From Alphaproteobacteria bacterium (GTDB lineage: Bacteria; Pseudomonadota; Alphaproteobacteria; Bin95), in assembly GCA_964291285.2 (NCBI GenBank), contig OZ219787.1, positions 1,504,001 to 1,568,000 on the forward strand: a stretch of DNA of 64,000 nucleotides. The letters are read 5' to 3'. Positions 38,310-48,329 of the stretch are shown here, one piece after another. The notes under the pieces were generated by a model. The model had not been told where the DNA came from. It did not search any database and saw only the letters and a list, made by a program, of their open reading frames with translations. Within the stretch, counting starts at the first letter, position 1; each line of letters opens with the position of its first letter. The translations under genes were made by a program, and so were the position numbers.

Positions 38310-39761
38310 GGTCGTGTCCCCAGGGGTGGTGTAGGAGCTGAAGCTTCCGGTGGTAGCTGTGGGTAAGTGGCCCGCCGCCGCGACCGTCTGGAGTCAGGCG
38401 GCGGCGGGCCACTTACCCACAGCGGAGGCCATCGCGGTGCCGGTTAGGGTTGGGCTGTCACAGTCCACCTGACCGGAGGAGTACCACGATGACCACCACC
38501 GACATGATGACCCTGCGGGCGCTGTTGGAGAAGAGTTCCGACGCCGACCTGCTTCGCGAGATGATCGGGTTCACGGCCGCGCGTCTGATGGCGCTTGAGG
38601 TTGAGGGCCTTGCGGGCGCCGCGCACGGCGAGCGCTCGCCGGACCGGATCACGCAGCGCAACGGCTACCGGGACCGGGTCTGGGAGACGCGGGCCGGCAC
38701 GGTCGAACTGAAGATCCCGAAGCTGCGCAAGGGGAGCTACTTCCCGGGCTTCCTTGAACCGCGGCGGATGGCGGAGAAGGCGCTGACGGCGGTGATCCAG
38801 GAGGCCTACATCAAGGGCGTATCGACCCGCTCGGTGGACGACCTGGTGCAGGCGATGGGCATGTCGGGCATCTCCAAGAGCCAGGTGTCGCGGCTGTGCG
38901 GCGAGATCGACGACAAGATCCGCGACTTCCTCGACCGGCCGCTGGAGGGCGACTGGCCGTATCTCTGGCTTGACGCGACCTATGTGAAGATGCGCGAGGC
39001 CGGGCGCGTCGTCTCGGTCGCGGTCACCATCGCGGTGGCGGTCAACGATCAGGGCCGGCGCGAGGTGCTCGGCATGGCGATCGGCGCGTCCGAGGCCGAG
39101 ACCTTCTGGACCGACTTCCTGCGCTCGCTCGCCCGCCGCGGCCTGCGCGGCGTCAAGCTGGTGATCTCCGACGACCACAAGGGCCTGAAGGCCGCCGCCA
39201 CCCGCATCTTCGGCGCCACCTGGCAGAGATGCCGCGTCCACTTCATGCGCAACCTGCTCGCCCATGCCGGCAAGCAGGGCCGGCGCGTCGTCTCCGCCTT
39301 CGTCACTACCGCCTTCGCCCAGGAGGATGCAGACAGCGCCTCCGCCCAGTGGCGCCAGGTCGCCGACCAGCTCAGGCCCAAGGCGCCAAAGCTCGCCGCC
39401 ATCATGGACGAGGCCGAGCACGATGTTCTCGCCTACATGACCTTCCCGGCCGCGCACCGCGCCAAGCTGCACTCGACAAACCCGCTCGAACGCCTCCACG
39501 GCGAGATCAAGCGGCGCACAAACACCGTCGGCATCTTCCCCAACGAGGACGCCATCACCCGGCTGATCGGCGCAATCCTGCTCGAGCAGAACGATGAATG
39601 GGCAGTCCAGAGAGCCAGATACATGACACTGGAATCCATCGCTCCCGTGAGCGACAATACAACCGTCAAGTTGCCCGCCGTGGCAGCCTGAGCGTTCCGG
39701 CCCTACCCGCCGGACACCGCTACGGACGCCAGGCTCTTACACCACCCGCGGGGGCACGATC
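38310..39761 (+). mobile_element. IS256-family element
   Basis: IRs GGTCGTGTCCCCAGGGGTGGTGTA / rc GATCGTGCCCCCGCGGGTGGTGTA; 8-bp TSD TCGCGTTT at 38302-38309 and 39762-39769. Confidence 0.95.
38489..39691 (+). CDS. IS256 transposase
   Basis: [41 protein letters not shown]. Confidence 0.96.
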   Translation: MTTTDMMTLRALLEKSSDADLLREMIGFTAARLMALEVEGLAGAAHGERSPDRITQRNGYRDRVWETRAGTVELKIPKLRKGSYFPGFLEPRRMAEKALTAVIQEAYIKGVSTRSVDDLVQAMGMSGISKSQVSRLCGEIDDKIRDFLDRPLEGDWPYLWLDATYVKMREAGRVVSVAVTIAVAVNDQGRREVLGMAIGASEAETFWTDFLRSLARRGLRGVKLVISDDHKGLKAAATRIFGATWQRCRVHFMRNLLAHAGKQGRRVVSAFVTTAFAQEDADSASAQWRQVADQLRPKAPKLAAIMDEAEHDVLAYMTFPAAHRAKLHSTNPLERLHGEIKRRTNTVGIFPNEDAITRLIGAILLEQNDEWAVQRARYMTLESIAPVSDNTTVKLPAVAA

Positions 39762-40727
39762 TCGCGTTTCGACGAAGGATGGGTAGAGTGGGGAATAGGT
39801 TGAGGTCGCACTTGGTTCGTCTTGCGAAGGTGCAGGAGGAGGCGGGTGGCGGCGTGGCAGGACACCTGAGTGGCGGTGCAACGCTTATAAGGTCAGGAGA
39901 CCGAAGGGGTCTGCTGACGGCGGCACATAACGTAGTGTGCAAATTTCCAAGAAAAACGACGTCGTTTATTGGTCAATCTATGGAGGTATTGGTAGGAACA
40001 TTTCGGCCAAATCAGATGGCCGTGGTTACAGTGGACTTATCAGGTGCGGTAATAGAGGGGGGAATATATGAACGAGGGGATGAAAGGGAGATCGGGCCAG
40101 ACATAGCTTGGATTCCATTGGATGACGACTCGGCAAATAGAATTGAAAAATATGGACGAGTCTTCTTTAACTTGCACGAGGGTAGATTTCCGGGGATTGT
40201 GGACAAGGATAGTACAGCCGTCGAAACAAATGGTGGCATGTATGTTGGATATTTAGTTACCGGGTTTAGCGGAGTGCGGGAAGAAATTGTTCGACATGAG
40301 CATGGGCCAGGTATTTTGGAGCTTGCTCAGGATGTATATCCATATGAGGATCGGTGGAGGGCTGGAGGGTGGGATTATGAAATTAGAGTTATTGAGGACG
40401 GTAGCGAGGTCGATGATGAGAATTTCATTTTAGATTTGAGTCTTCCGCAAGCTGTCCGAAGTAGGATCCCGACTCGGGTGGAGAGATTGGGTGGTCTAAG
40501 CGGTGGTGGGTTATGGATATTTGGGGAAGACAAGGATTTGAGACAATATGTGGATCTGGTCGGAGTGGTATGGTACCAGAGCGGCAGTCATGAGCACGAC
40601 ACTTCGCTTCGTATTGTGAACCATGGAAGGGCGAGTATAGATCGCATCATCGGCGGCAAGAGGACAGGGTGATAGGGGAACTGGTTCATACGGGAGCGGT
40701 TATGGCTAATCGGCCGCCCTCACCCAT

Positions 40728-41903
40728 TTAGTTGCTGTGCAAACCACCCGCCATCGCCGCGGCGATGGTCGTTCCGACGCGCTCCGCTGCGCTCTCGACT
40801 TCGCGGTCTCCGACGTGGGCATACCGCAGCGTCATGGTCGGCTGCGTATGACCAAGCATTCTGGCGACGGTCGGCAGGGGAACGCCCCGGGCCACGGCCT
40901 GGCTCGCTACGGTATGGCGCAAATCGTGCAGGCGCACATCCTCGATCTCGGCTTCTCGCCGCGCGCGTTGCCAAAGCCCGAGATTACGCGACTGCGGCCT
41001 CGCCGGGTCCCTGGGCGAGGGAAAGACGAAGGCGCTTCCCGTTCGCGGCTGGCGGGCGATGATGGCCTGCGCCGCCTCGCTCAGCCAGACCGTGCGCGGC
41101 CCGGTTTTGGCCTCGGCCAATCTGAGCATGTCGCTATCGACCTCCGACCATCTGAGCGTCAGGATTTCACTCTTCCGGCAGCCGGTCAGCAAAAGCAGGC
41201 GGACGACGTCGGCCTGCGGCAGGCGCGAGGGCCGTTTCTCCACCAGCCGGTCCAGGGTCCGGTGAAGCCGGGCTATCTCTTCCGCGGACAGGAAGCGGGT
41301 CATCTTCCGGCCCGGGTTCGGCCTGACACCTGCAAGCGGATCGGTCCCGACATGGCCGGCGATTTTCGCGGCACTGACGATCTGGCGCAACACGACAAGC
41401 GCGATGTTGGCCGTGCCCGGCGTCTTGCGGCTCATGTTGTCGAACCAGCGTTCAACATGAGGCCTGCCGATGCGGTCGAGGCGAAGCGCCCCGAAGGCGG
41501 GCAGAAGCCGGGTCCGGATCATGCGGTCCACACGCTCGCCCCAGCCTTGGCTGTAATGGCCCCGGCGTGCCGGCAGCCAGTCCTCCATGACGAAATCCCG
41601 GAAAAGGGGGACGGCAGCCCGGCCGGCAGGGTCTCCGGAGCAAAGCGGATGCGAGCCGTCCAGCAGGGACCGGCATGTGATCCGGGCTTCTGCCACCGTG
41701 GTCAGCGCGGCCGCGCCGATGGTCGTCCGCACCGGCCTGCCGTTCACGGTCCCATGCCAGACGAAACTGCGATGCCCGGAAGGACGGACCCGCACGCCCA
41801 GCCCGGCAACGCGAATGTCCCTGACGATGTATTCGGTACTGCCGGGACGCAGTTTCCTGACAGCGGCGTCCGTCAGGCGGACCTTCTTCGCCTTGCCCGT
41901 CAT
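40728..41903 (-). CDS. tyrosine recombinase/integrase (second of tandem pair B)
   Basis: Arm-binding N-terminus (GLGVRVRPSG); TGCR, KTG, HDLRH, LGH, RYAH. Confidence 0.93.
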   Translation of the reverse strand: MTGKAKKVRLTDAAVRKLRPGSTEYIVRDIRVAGLGVRVRPSGHRSFVWHGTVNGRPVRTTIGAAALTTVAEARITCRSLLDGSHPLCSGDPAGRAAVPLFRDFVMEDWLPARRGHYSQGWGERVDRMIRTRLLPAFGALRLDRIGRPHVERWFDNMSRKTPGTANIALVVLRQIVSAAKIAGHVGTDPLAGVRPNPGRKMTRFLSAEEIARLHRTLDRLVEKRPSRLPQADVVRLLLLTGCRKSEILTLRWSEVDSDMLRLAEAKTGPRTVWLSEAAQAIIARQPRTGSAFVFPSPRDPARPQSRNLGLWQRARREAEIEDVRLHDLRHTVASQAVARGVPLPTVARMLGHTQPTMTLRYAHVGDREVESAAERVGTTIAAAMAGGLHSN

Positions 41904-43027
41904 GACTGCGCGCCCGAGAGCAACGGCGCCAGCGCCTCGACCGTCTCCCGGACCGTGGCGTCCGAGAGATGCGCGTATTTCAGCGTCGTCGCCGCGTTGT
42001 CATGGCCCAGCAGCCGCCCCACCGTGCGGATCGTCTCGCCGCTCGACAGCGCCATGCTGGCGTAGCTGTGCCGCGTGTCATGAAGGCGCATGTCGTCAAG
42101 GCCTGCCTCGGCGCGCAGCTGTATCCAGAAGGCGTCCAGCCAGCCCCATGGCGTGCTCCAGCCTCCAATAGGGAACACGAAGCGCGACGAACGCGGCAGG
42201 CCATCGAGGACCTCCCGCGCCGCTTCGCACAACCAGACCGTGCGGGGACCGGTCTTCGAATCGGCCAGATAGAGCCTGCCGTCGCGGTAGAAGCGCCATT
42301 CGAGGGTGACGATCTCCGACTTCCGGCAGCCGGTCAGCAGCAGCAGGCGCAAGGCCGCAACCCGGAACGGTTGCCGGGCCTCATGCCGGTCCAGCGCCAT
42401 GCCAAGGCGGCGGTATTCCTCCGGCGACAGGAATCGCTCCGACCGCTTCTGCCGGTAACGCCGGATGCCCTTGCAGGGATTGCCGCCGTCGGGCCGATAC
42501 CCCCACGCCTCGGCCTGCTGCATGATGACGGAAAGAATAGGCGCCGAACGGTTGGCTGCCGCTGGTGTCGCATGGAGGGAGCGGAACCAGCGCTGCACCT
42601 CCTCCCGGTCGATCTCGGCGACAGGCCGGCCCGCGAAGAAGGGCAGGATCTGGTTTTGCAGATAGCGGCGGTTGACGGCGAGCGTGCGCGGCTTCCAGCG
42701 CCTGCCGTAGCGGGTGAAGACCTCCTCGGCGACGGTCTCGAACAGCGCGTCTCCGGATACCTCCGCTTCGACATCCCTGTCGTCCCGGAGCGCGGCCAGC
42801 ATGGTCCGGGCGCGGGCACGCGCCTCGGCCTCGGTCATGACCGCCGCATCGCCGACGATCTTCCAGACCCGGTGGCCCCGGTGCTGGCTGTGGATGAAGT
42901 AGCGTTTCGTGCCCGAAGGCATGATGCGGACGCCGTATCCCTTCAGTTCGGCGTCCCTGACATTGCGGACGGTCTTGCGGGGCCGGAGGGTATCGACCCG
43001 GCGCTGGGTGAGGCGGATGGCTGCCAC
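41900..43027 (-). CDS. tyrosine recombinase/integrase (first of tandem pair B)
   Basis: GYGVRIMPSG arm domain; TGCR, KTG, HDTRH, LGH, KYAH; GTG start inferred; ATGA overlap with partner. Confidence 0.92.
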   Translation of the reverse strand: MAAIRLTQRRVDTLRPRKTVRNVRDAELKGYGVRIMPSGTKRYFIHSQHRGHRVWKIVGDAAVMTEAEARARARTMLAALRDDRDVEAEVSGDALFETVAEEVFTRYGRRWKPRTLAVNRRYLQNQILPFFAGRPVAEIDREEVQRWFRSLHATPAAANRSAPILSVIMQQAEAWGYRPDGGNPCKGIRRYRQKRSERFLSPEEYRRLGMALDRHEARQPFRVAALRLLLLTGCRKSEIVTLEWRFYRDGRLYLADSKTGPRTVWLCEAAREVLDGLPRSSRFVFPIGGWSTPWGWLDAFWIQLRAEAGLDDMRLHDTRHSYASMALSSGETIRTVGRLLGHDNAATTLKYAHLSDATVRETVEALAPLLSGAQS

Positions 43028-43261
43028 GATTGCGGTTCCCCGATCAGTTGCACGGTGTGCAAAGCCGGATTCGCTCCAACGCCCCGGTTGCACCGGAAAC
43101 GGGAAAATTCCACAATCATGTCAGATGGTTAGCACCGCAGGTGCGGCGAGATGTGTGTGTGCGTTAGGCTCGGGGACGGGGACAGGCGGGGTCCGGGGGG
43201 ATGATTGAGATTGCGAACGAGTCTGCTTCAGCCCGAACGGAATGCGCCCTTGTCCATCCCC

Positions 43262-43471
43262 CTACGCCGCCTTCCGTGCGCCTTCCTTCTTCGGAAGATT
43301 GAACAGGCGGGCAGCGTTTCGGCCGAGGATGTTGCGCTTCTGGTCTTCGGTGAGGAACGGGATGTCGTAGATCGCGCGCGGTGCCGAACTGAATATCTCC
43401 AGCCTTGCCACATCGCAGCGCCGACACAGCGCGGCCAGTTCTTCCTTCTTGTCGGCGGTGACGGCTTGCAT
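43262..43471 (-). pseudogene. Fusion remnant: minimal nucleotidyltransferase N-terminus plus amidohydrolase C-terminus
   Basis: KKEELAALCRR.DVARLEIFSSA (MNT-like) joined to IYDIPFLTEDQKRNILGRNAARLF (amidohydrolase-like end). Confidence 0.55.
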
Positions 43472-43592
43472 GGCGCCGACCTCCCGCAATTGTGAAACGC
43501 AGGGCCCCCTGCAGCTTCGGACCGTACGTACTGCAAGCCGGGACGCAAGCATCGCACTGGCCCGGCAATTGGAACGATGAACTCCCTGCACC

Positions 43593-44459
43593 CTACACGG
43601 GCCGGTCGCCCTCTATCTGGATGCGGCGCATGTCTCGGCGGTAGCCGGAATAGTCGTTGATGGCGGCGTGCTTGAGGCAGCGATTGTCCCAGAGCGTCAA
43701 GGTGCCCGGCTCCCAGGAGACGCGGCAGGTTAGCTCCACGCGCTCGCCCGCGGCGTAGAGATAGTCCAGCAGCGGCGTGCTCTCGGCCTCGGTCATGCCC
43801 TCGAAGCGGATGGTGTAGGCGCGGTTGACAAAGAGGCCCTTGCGCCCGGTGTCGGGATGAGTGCGGACCACCGGGTGCAGGCTCTCGGTCGGCCGCCAGG
43901 CGTCGTCCTCGCGGTTCCTGGTCGAGCGCAGCGCGTTGAAGTTCGTCGCCGGCCCGGCGACGCGGGTGTCGTTATGCACGGCGCGCATGTCCGAAAGCGT
44001 GGCCTTCATGCCGTCCGACAGGAGGTCCCAGGCGCCCTGCTGGTCCGCGAACAGCGTGTCGCCGCCGGCGGGCGGCACCTCGAGGGCATAGAGCGCCGAG
44101 CCGAGCGGCGGCTTCTCCAGGCAGGTGGTGTCGGTGTGCCAGTTTTCGCCGACCGCCGCCTTGTCGTCGGGCTCCTTGCGGATCGCGATGACCTCGGGAT
44201 GCTTGCCGTCGGCGATCAGGTTCGGATGCACGATCAGCGGGCCGAAGCGCAGGCCGAAGGCCATCAGCGCTTCCTCGTCCATCTTCTGGTCGCGGAAGCA
44301 GAGCACCTTGTGGCGCAGGAAAGTCTCCCGCACCGCCGCGAAGCCTTCACCGTCGAGCGCCGTGAGGTCGATGCCCCGCACCTCGGCCCCGCAGGACCCG
44401 GAAAGCGGCTTCACCTGCATATCCGCCAATCCCTGAATTCCATCCGGCATGTCACGCAT
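43593..44459 (-). CDS. TauD/TfdA family 2OG-Fe(II) dioxygenase
   Basis: WHTD, GGDTLFA, HPVVRTHP, WDNR..H, R motifs. Confidence 0.93.
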   Translation of the reverse strand: MRDMPDGIQGLADMQVKPLSGSCGAEVRGIDLTALDGEGFAAVRETFLRHKVLCFRDQKMDEEALMAFGLRFGPLIVHPNLIADGKHPEVIAIRKEPDDKAAVGENWHTDTTCLEKPPLGSALYALEVPPAGGDTLFADQQGAWDLLSDGMKATLSDMRAVHNDTRVAGPATNFNALRSTRNREDDAWRPTESLHPVVRTHPDTGRKGLFVNRAYTIRFEGMTEAESTPLLDYLYAAGERVELTCRVSWEPGTLTLWDNRCLKHAAINDYSGYRRDMRRIQIEGDRPV

Positions 44460-45789
44460 CCTCCGTCTCGCGGCGAAGATACCACGGCGTCTTCCCCGGA
44501 TCGCGCCGTTTGCGGCGGGCCGGTTTGGGAGCCGGTTCCGGCTTGGGCGGGGCCTTCGCCTCCGGCTTCGTCCCGGCCCTGGCCTTCGGAGCGGCGCGCG
44601 CCCTGGGCTTTACCTCCGGCTTCGGCGCGGGCGGCTCGTCCTTCTTCGCGGCGGCGCGGCGGCTCGGCCGCTTCGGCGCGGGTGCCGCTGCGCTCTCAGC
44701 AGCGGGCGCGGCGCGGAAGGCCTCCAGCGCGTCGAGGTCGAAGGAGAAGCCGAGGCCCGGCCTGTCGGGAATCCGGGCCCGGCCGTCCTCGAATTCGATC
44801 GTCTCGCCGAACAGCCGGGCCGACCAGGGCATGTATTCCAACAGGTCGCAATTATGGAGCGCGCCGCAAAGCTGCAGCGACGCCTCGGAATAAAGGTGCG
44901 GCGAGACCGGCAGGTCCCAGGCCTGCGCCATGTGCCCGACACGCATGAACTCGGTGACGCCGCCGACGCGCCCGAGGTCCGGCATCAGCACGTCCGCCGC
45001 CTTCGCCTCGATCAGCGGGCGGAAGCCGTAGCGGGTGTATTCGGTCTCTCCGGTGGCGATGGGCGTGTCGAGCGCGGCGGCGAGCGCGGCGTGGCCGGCG
45101 ACATTGTACGCCGGCACCGGCTCCTCGAACCAGTCGAGGCCGACCGGCTCCAGGGCGCGGCCGAGCCGGAGCGCGTGCCTGACGTCGAGGCCCTGGTTTG
45201 CGTCCGCCATCAGCCGGATATCGGGGCCGACGGCGTCGCGAATCGCCTCGGCGCGCTCGACATCCTCCTGCCAGCGCGGCTTGCCGAGCCGCATCTTCAT
45301 GGCGCGGAAGCCCTGCTTCAGGAACGTCTTCGCCTCGGCGACGAGCTCGTCCCGCGAGCGCGAGAGCCAGAGCCCGCCGCTGTGATAGGCCGGCACGGCG
45401 TCGCGGCAGGAGCCGAGCAGGCGGTGGGCCGGCTGGCCGAGCGCCTTGCCGCGCGCATCCCAGAGCGCCATGTCGAGCGCGGAGAGCGCGAACAGCGGCA
45501 CGCCCTTGTGGCCGACGAAGTTCACCTCGGTCCAGAGCCTGTGCCAGATGCCCTCGATCCGGTGCGCGTCCTCGCCGACGAGCGACTGGCCGAGGACGGC
45601 GGTCATCGCTTCCAGCGGCGCCAGGTGCCTCGCCGGGAGCGAGAAGAGGTGGCCCTCCCCGGTCACCCCCGCCTCGGTATCGACGAAGACCAGCACATAG
45701 CCGATCGAACGGATATCGTGGACCGCGGTGATGACGGGCTCCTCCAGCGGCACGTCCACCGTCATCGTGCGAATACCGGTAATCTTCAT
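44452..45789 (-). CDS. mandelate racemase/muconate lactonizing enzyme family protein with a Pro/Ala/Lys-rich tail
   Basis: DMALWD, KMR, MADAN, WFEEP, TGE, GGVT, SPH, PGLG. Confidence 0.9.
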   Translation of the reverse strand: MKITGIRTMTVDVPLEEPVITAVHDIRSIGYVLVFVDTEAGVTGEGHLFSLPARHLAPLEAMTAVLGQSLVGEDAHRIEGIWHRLWTEVNFVGHKGVPLFALSALDMALWDARGKALGQPAHRLLGSCRDAVPAYHSGGLWLSRSRDELVAEAKTFLKQGFRAMKMRLGKPRWQEDVERAEAIRDAVGPDIRLMADANQGLDVRHALRLGRALEPVGLDWFEEPVPAYNVAGHAALAAALDTPIATGETEYTRYGFRPLIEAKAADVLMPDLGRVGGVTEFMRVGHMAQAWDLPVSPHLYSEASLQLCGALHNCDLLEYMPWSARLFGETIEFEDGRARIPDRPGLGFSFDLDALEAFRAAPAAESAAAPAPKRPSRRAAAKKDEPPAPKPEVKPRARAAPKARAGTKPEAKAPPKPEPAPKPARRKRRDPGKTPWYLRRETEDA

Positions 45790-45972
45790 CCCTGCTTTTG
45801 CCTCCGGGAAAACGCCGGGCCCCCAACCCGTCTCAGCCTCCCAGCCTAGCTTGACAGGGCGGGGGAGGGGAAGCGGCCGGACAGCGCGGTCACGAAACAT
45901 CCAGATCGAAGACGGGAATATCCATGGCGCGGGCGGTGGCAGTCTTGTCAATCGCGCTCAATCCGGGGGCAG

Positions 45973-46821
45973 TCAGGAGCCCGCAGGCTCCACCGCGATA
46001 TTGTCGATCAGCCTTGCGCGGCCGAGACGGGCGGCGGCGAGCAGACGGGCGGGGCGGTCGAGGCGCTGCATGGGCGCGAGGTCTTCCGCGTCGCGAAGCT
46101 CGACATAATCGACGGCGGAGAAGCCGGCTGCGGCGATCTCCGCGGCGGCCTCGGCGAGGCAGCGCGCATCCTCGCCGTTCCGCAGGCGCCGGGCGGCCAT
46201 GACGAGCGCGCGGTGGAGCGCCGGGGCGCATGCGCGTTCCTCCGGGCCGAGCAGGGCGTTGCGGGAGGAGAGCGCGAGGCCGTCCGGGTCGCGCACGGTC
46301 GGGCAGCCGACGATCTCGACAGGGAGGTCGAGGTCGCCGACCATGCGGCGGACCGCGGCGAGCTGCTGGTAGTCCTTCTCGCCGAAGAAGGCGAAGTCCG
46401 CACCGGTCTGGATCAGCAGCTTGGAGACGACCGTCGCCACGCCGTCGAAATGGCCCGGCCGGTCCGCGCCGCAAAGGCCCTCGGTGACGCCGGAGACGGA
46501 GATGTTCGTCGCGAATCCCGCCGGGTACATGACTTCCGGCGGCGGCGCGAAAAGCAGGTCGACGCCATAAGGGGCGAGCTTCCCGCGGTCGTCCTCCTCG
46601 GTGCGCGGATAGCGGACGAGGTCCGCCGCGTCGTTGAACTGCTTCGGGTTGACGAAGAGTGTGACGATGGTGCGGTCGGCGCGCCCGCGGCTGGCGGCAA
46701 CGAGGCTCAGGTGCCCGGCGTGGAGCGCGCCCATGGTGGGCACGACGCCGATGCTGCAGCCCGACCGGCGCCAGGCGCTGGCGAGGCGGCGAAGGTCCTG
46801 CACGGTGCGGGAGGTGAGCAT
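45973..46821 (-). CDS. panC: pantoate--beta-alanine ligase
   Basis: [44 protein letters not shown]. Confidence 0.97.
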   Translation of the reverse strand: MLTSRTVQDLRRLASAWRRSGCSIGVVPTMGALHAGHLSLVAASRGRADRTIVTLFVNPKQFNDAADLVRYPRTEEDDRGKLAPYGVDLLFAPPPEVMYPAGFATNISVSGVTEGLCGADRPGHFDGVATVVSKLLIQTGADFAFFGEKDYQQLAAVRRMVGDLDLPVEIVGCPTVRDPDGLALSSRNALLGPEERACAPALHRALVMAARRLRNGEDARCLAEAAAEIAAAGFSAVDYVELRDAEDLAPMQRLDRPARLLAAARLGRARLIDNIAVEPAGS

Positions 46822-46873
46822 GGCGCGGGAACAGTCCCGCAAACCGTCTGGCCCGGCAAGCGGGGATGTGGGA

Positions 46874-48067
46874 ATGTCGCCGCCCATGGAACCGCGACCC
46901 GTCGTCCGGCTCCTGCCCGGCCGGCAGAAGCGCCTCCGGGCGGGGCATCCCTGGGCCTACGCCAACGAGATCGAGATGTCGGCCGACGCGCGCGCGCTGC
47001 CGCCGGGAACGCTCGTGCGGCTGGAGAGCGCCGACGGACAGGCGCTGGGCGCGGCGATGTTCAACCCCCGCGCGCTCGCGGCCGTGCGCCGCCTCGATCC
47101 AGACCCGGACCGGGAGATCGGTGCGGACTGGCTGGCGGCGCGGCTGAAGGCGGCGCTGGCGCTCCGGCAACGGCTCGGCCTCGCGCCCTGGTGCCGGGCG
47201 GTCCACGCGGAGGCGGACGGGCTGCCGGGCCTCATCGTCGATCTGTTCGGCGCCGTGGCGGTGGCGCAGCTCAACAGCGCCGGCATGGCGCGGCTGGAAG
47301 CGCCGCTGGTCGAAGCCGTGCGCGAAGTGCTGCGGCCGGATGCACTGGTCCTCCGCAACGACAGCGCCCAGCGCGGCCTCGAGGGGCTGGAGACGGAGAC
47401 CCGGCTGGTCTTCGGCGAGGTCTCCGGGCCGGTCGATCTGGTCGAGGGCGGCTGCCGCTTCCTCTGCGACCCGCTCGGCGGGCAGAAGACCGGCTGGTTC
47501 CACGACCAGCGCGACAACCGCGCCTTCGCGGCGGGCCTGGCGGACGGCGCGCGGGTGCTGGACCTCTACGCCTATCTCGGCGGATTCGGCATCCGGGCGG
47601 CCGCCGGCGGCGCGCGGGAGGCCATGCTGGTGGACCGCTCCCGGCCCGCCCTGGAGCTTGCCGCCCGCTCTGCCGGGCTGAACGGCGTCGGCGAACGGGT
47701 CCGCGCCGAGCGCGCCGATGTCTTCGCCTTCCTGGAGGCGGCGGCGTCTGAACGCTTCGACCTCGTGGTCGCCGACCCGCCGGCCTTCGTGCGCTCGCGC
47801 AAGGACCTGGGCGCGGGGCTGCGCGGCTACCGCAAGCTCGCCCGCCTCGCCGCGGGGCTGGTGGCGCCGGGCGGTTTCCTGCTGGCGGCGTCGTGCTCGC
47901 ACAATGTGACGCCCGAAGCCTTCGCGCTGGAGGTCGCGCGCGGCCTCGGGCAGGCCGGCCGCACGGGCCGCGTGCTCCGCACGGCCGGCGCCGCCCCCGA
48001 CCATCCGGTGCATCCCATGCTGCCGGAGTCGGCCTACCTCAAGGCGATGGCGTTGCAGCTGGATTGA
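46874..48067 (+). CDS. RlmI-like class I SAM-dependent rRNA methyltransferase
   Basis: GHPWAY PUA domain, [28 protein letters not shown]. Confidence 0.9.
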   Translation: MSPPMEPRPVVRLLPGRQKRLRAGHPWAYANEIEMSADARALPPGTLVRLESADGQALGAAMFNPRALAAVRRLDPDPDREIGADWLAARLKAALALRQRLGLAPWCRAVHAEADGLPGLIVDLFGAVAVAQLNSAGMARLEAPLVEAVREVLRPDALVLRNDSAQRGLEGLETETRLVFGEVSGPVDLVEGGCRFLCDPLGGQKTGWFHDQRDNRAFAAGLADGARVLDLYAYLGGFGIRAAAGGAREAMLVDRSRPALELAARSAGLNGVGERVRAERADVFAFLEAAASERFDLVVADPPAFVRSRKDLGAGLRGYRKLARLAAGLVAPGGFLLAASCSHNVTPEAFALEVARGLGQAGRTGRVLRTAGAAPDHPVHPMLPESAYLKAMALQLD

Positions 48068-48329
48068 GTCACGGGTAGCGTTTAGATTCTCTCGTTGCAC
48101 CGCTTTCAGAACCGTATCGCCATGCTTCGTCCGATCTCCTCTCTGCTCGCTGCTGCCGTGTTATTCTGCTCAGCACTGGCATCGGCCCAAGAGGTTACCG
48201 GCTATGATCGGTTTAACCTGTGGAACGACTGCGGGCCTATGAATCTGGTAGTCGAGAGCTTACCAAAGGGGGCTGCTGACATTGGATTGGAAGAAGAGGC
48301 GATAGCAACATCCGTGCGCAGTAGGCTTA

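Larger units (their letters stand above)
38235..40672 (+). pseudogene. trypsin-like serine protease interrupted near its N-terminus by IS256
   Basis: 38235-38309 plus 39770-40672 rejoin in frame (..AEAVAF|RRRMGRV..); LLTAAHN, DIAWI, GLSGGGLW triad motifs; the downstream ATG at 39779 could still be used. Confidence 0.8.

Noticed and set aside
43030-43260. tRNA/tmRNA integration site at the island's right end
   Set aside because: No cloverleaf, T-loop GTTCGA or CCA end could be seen
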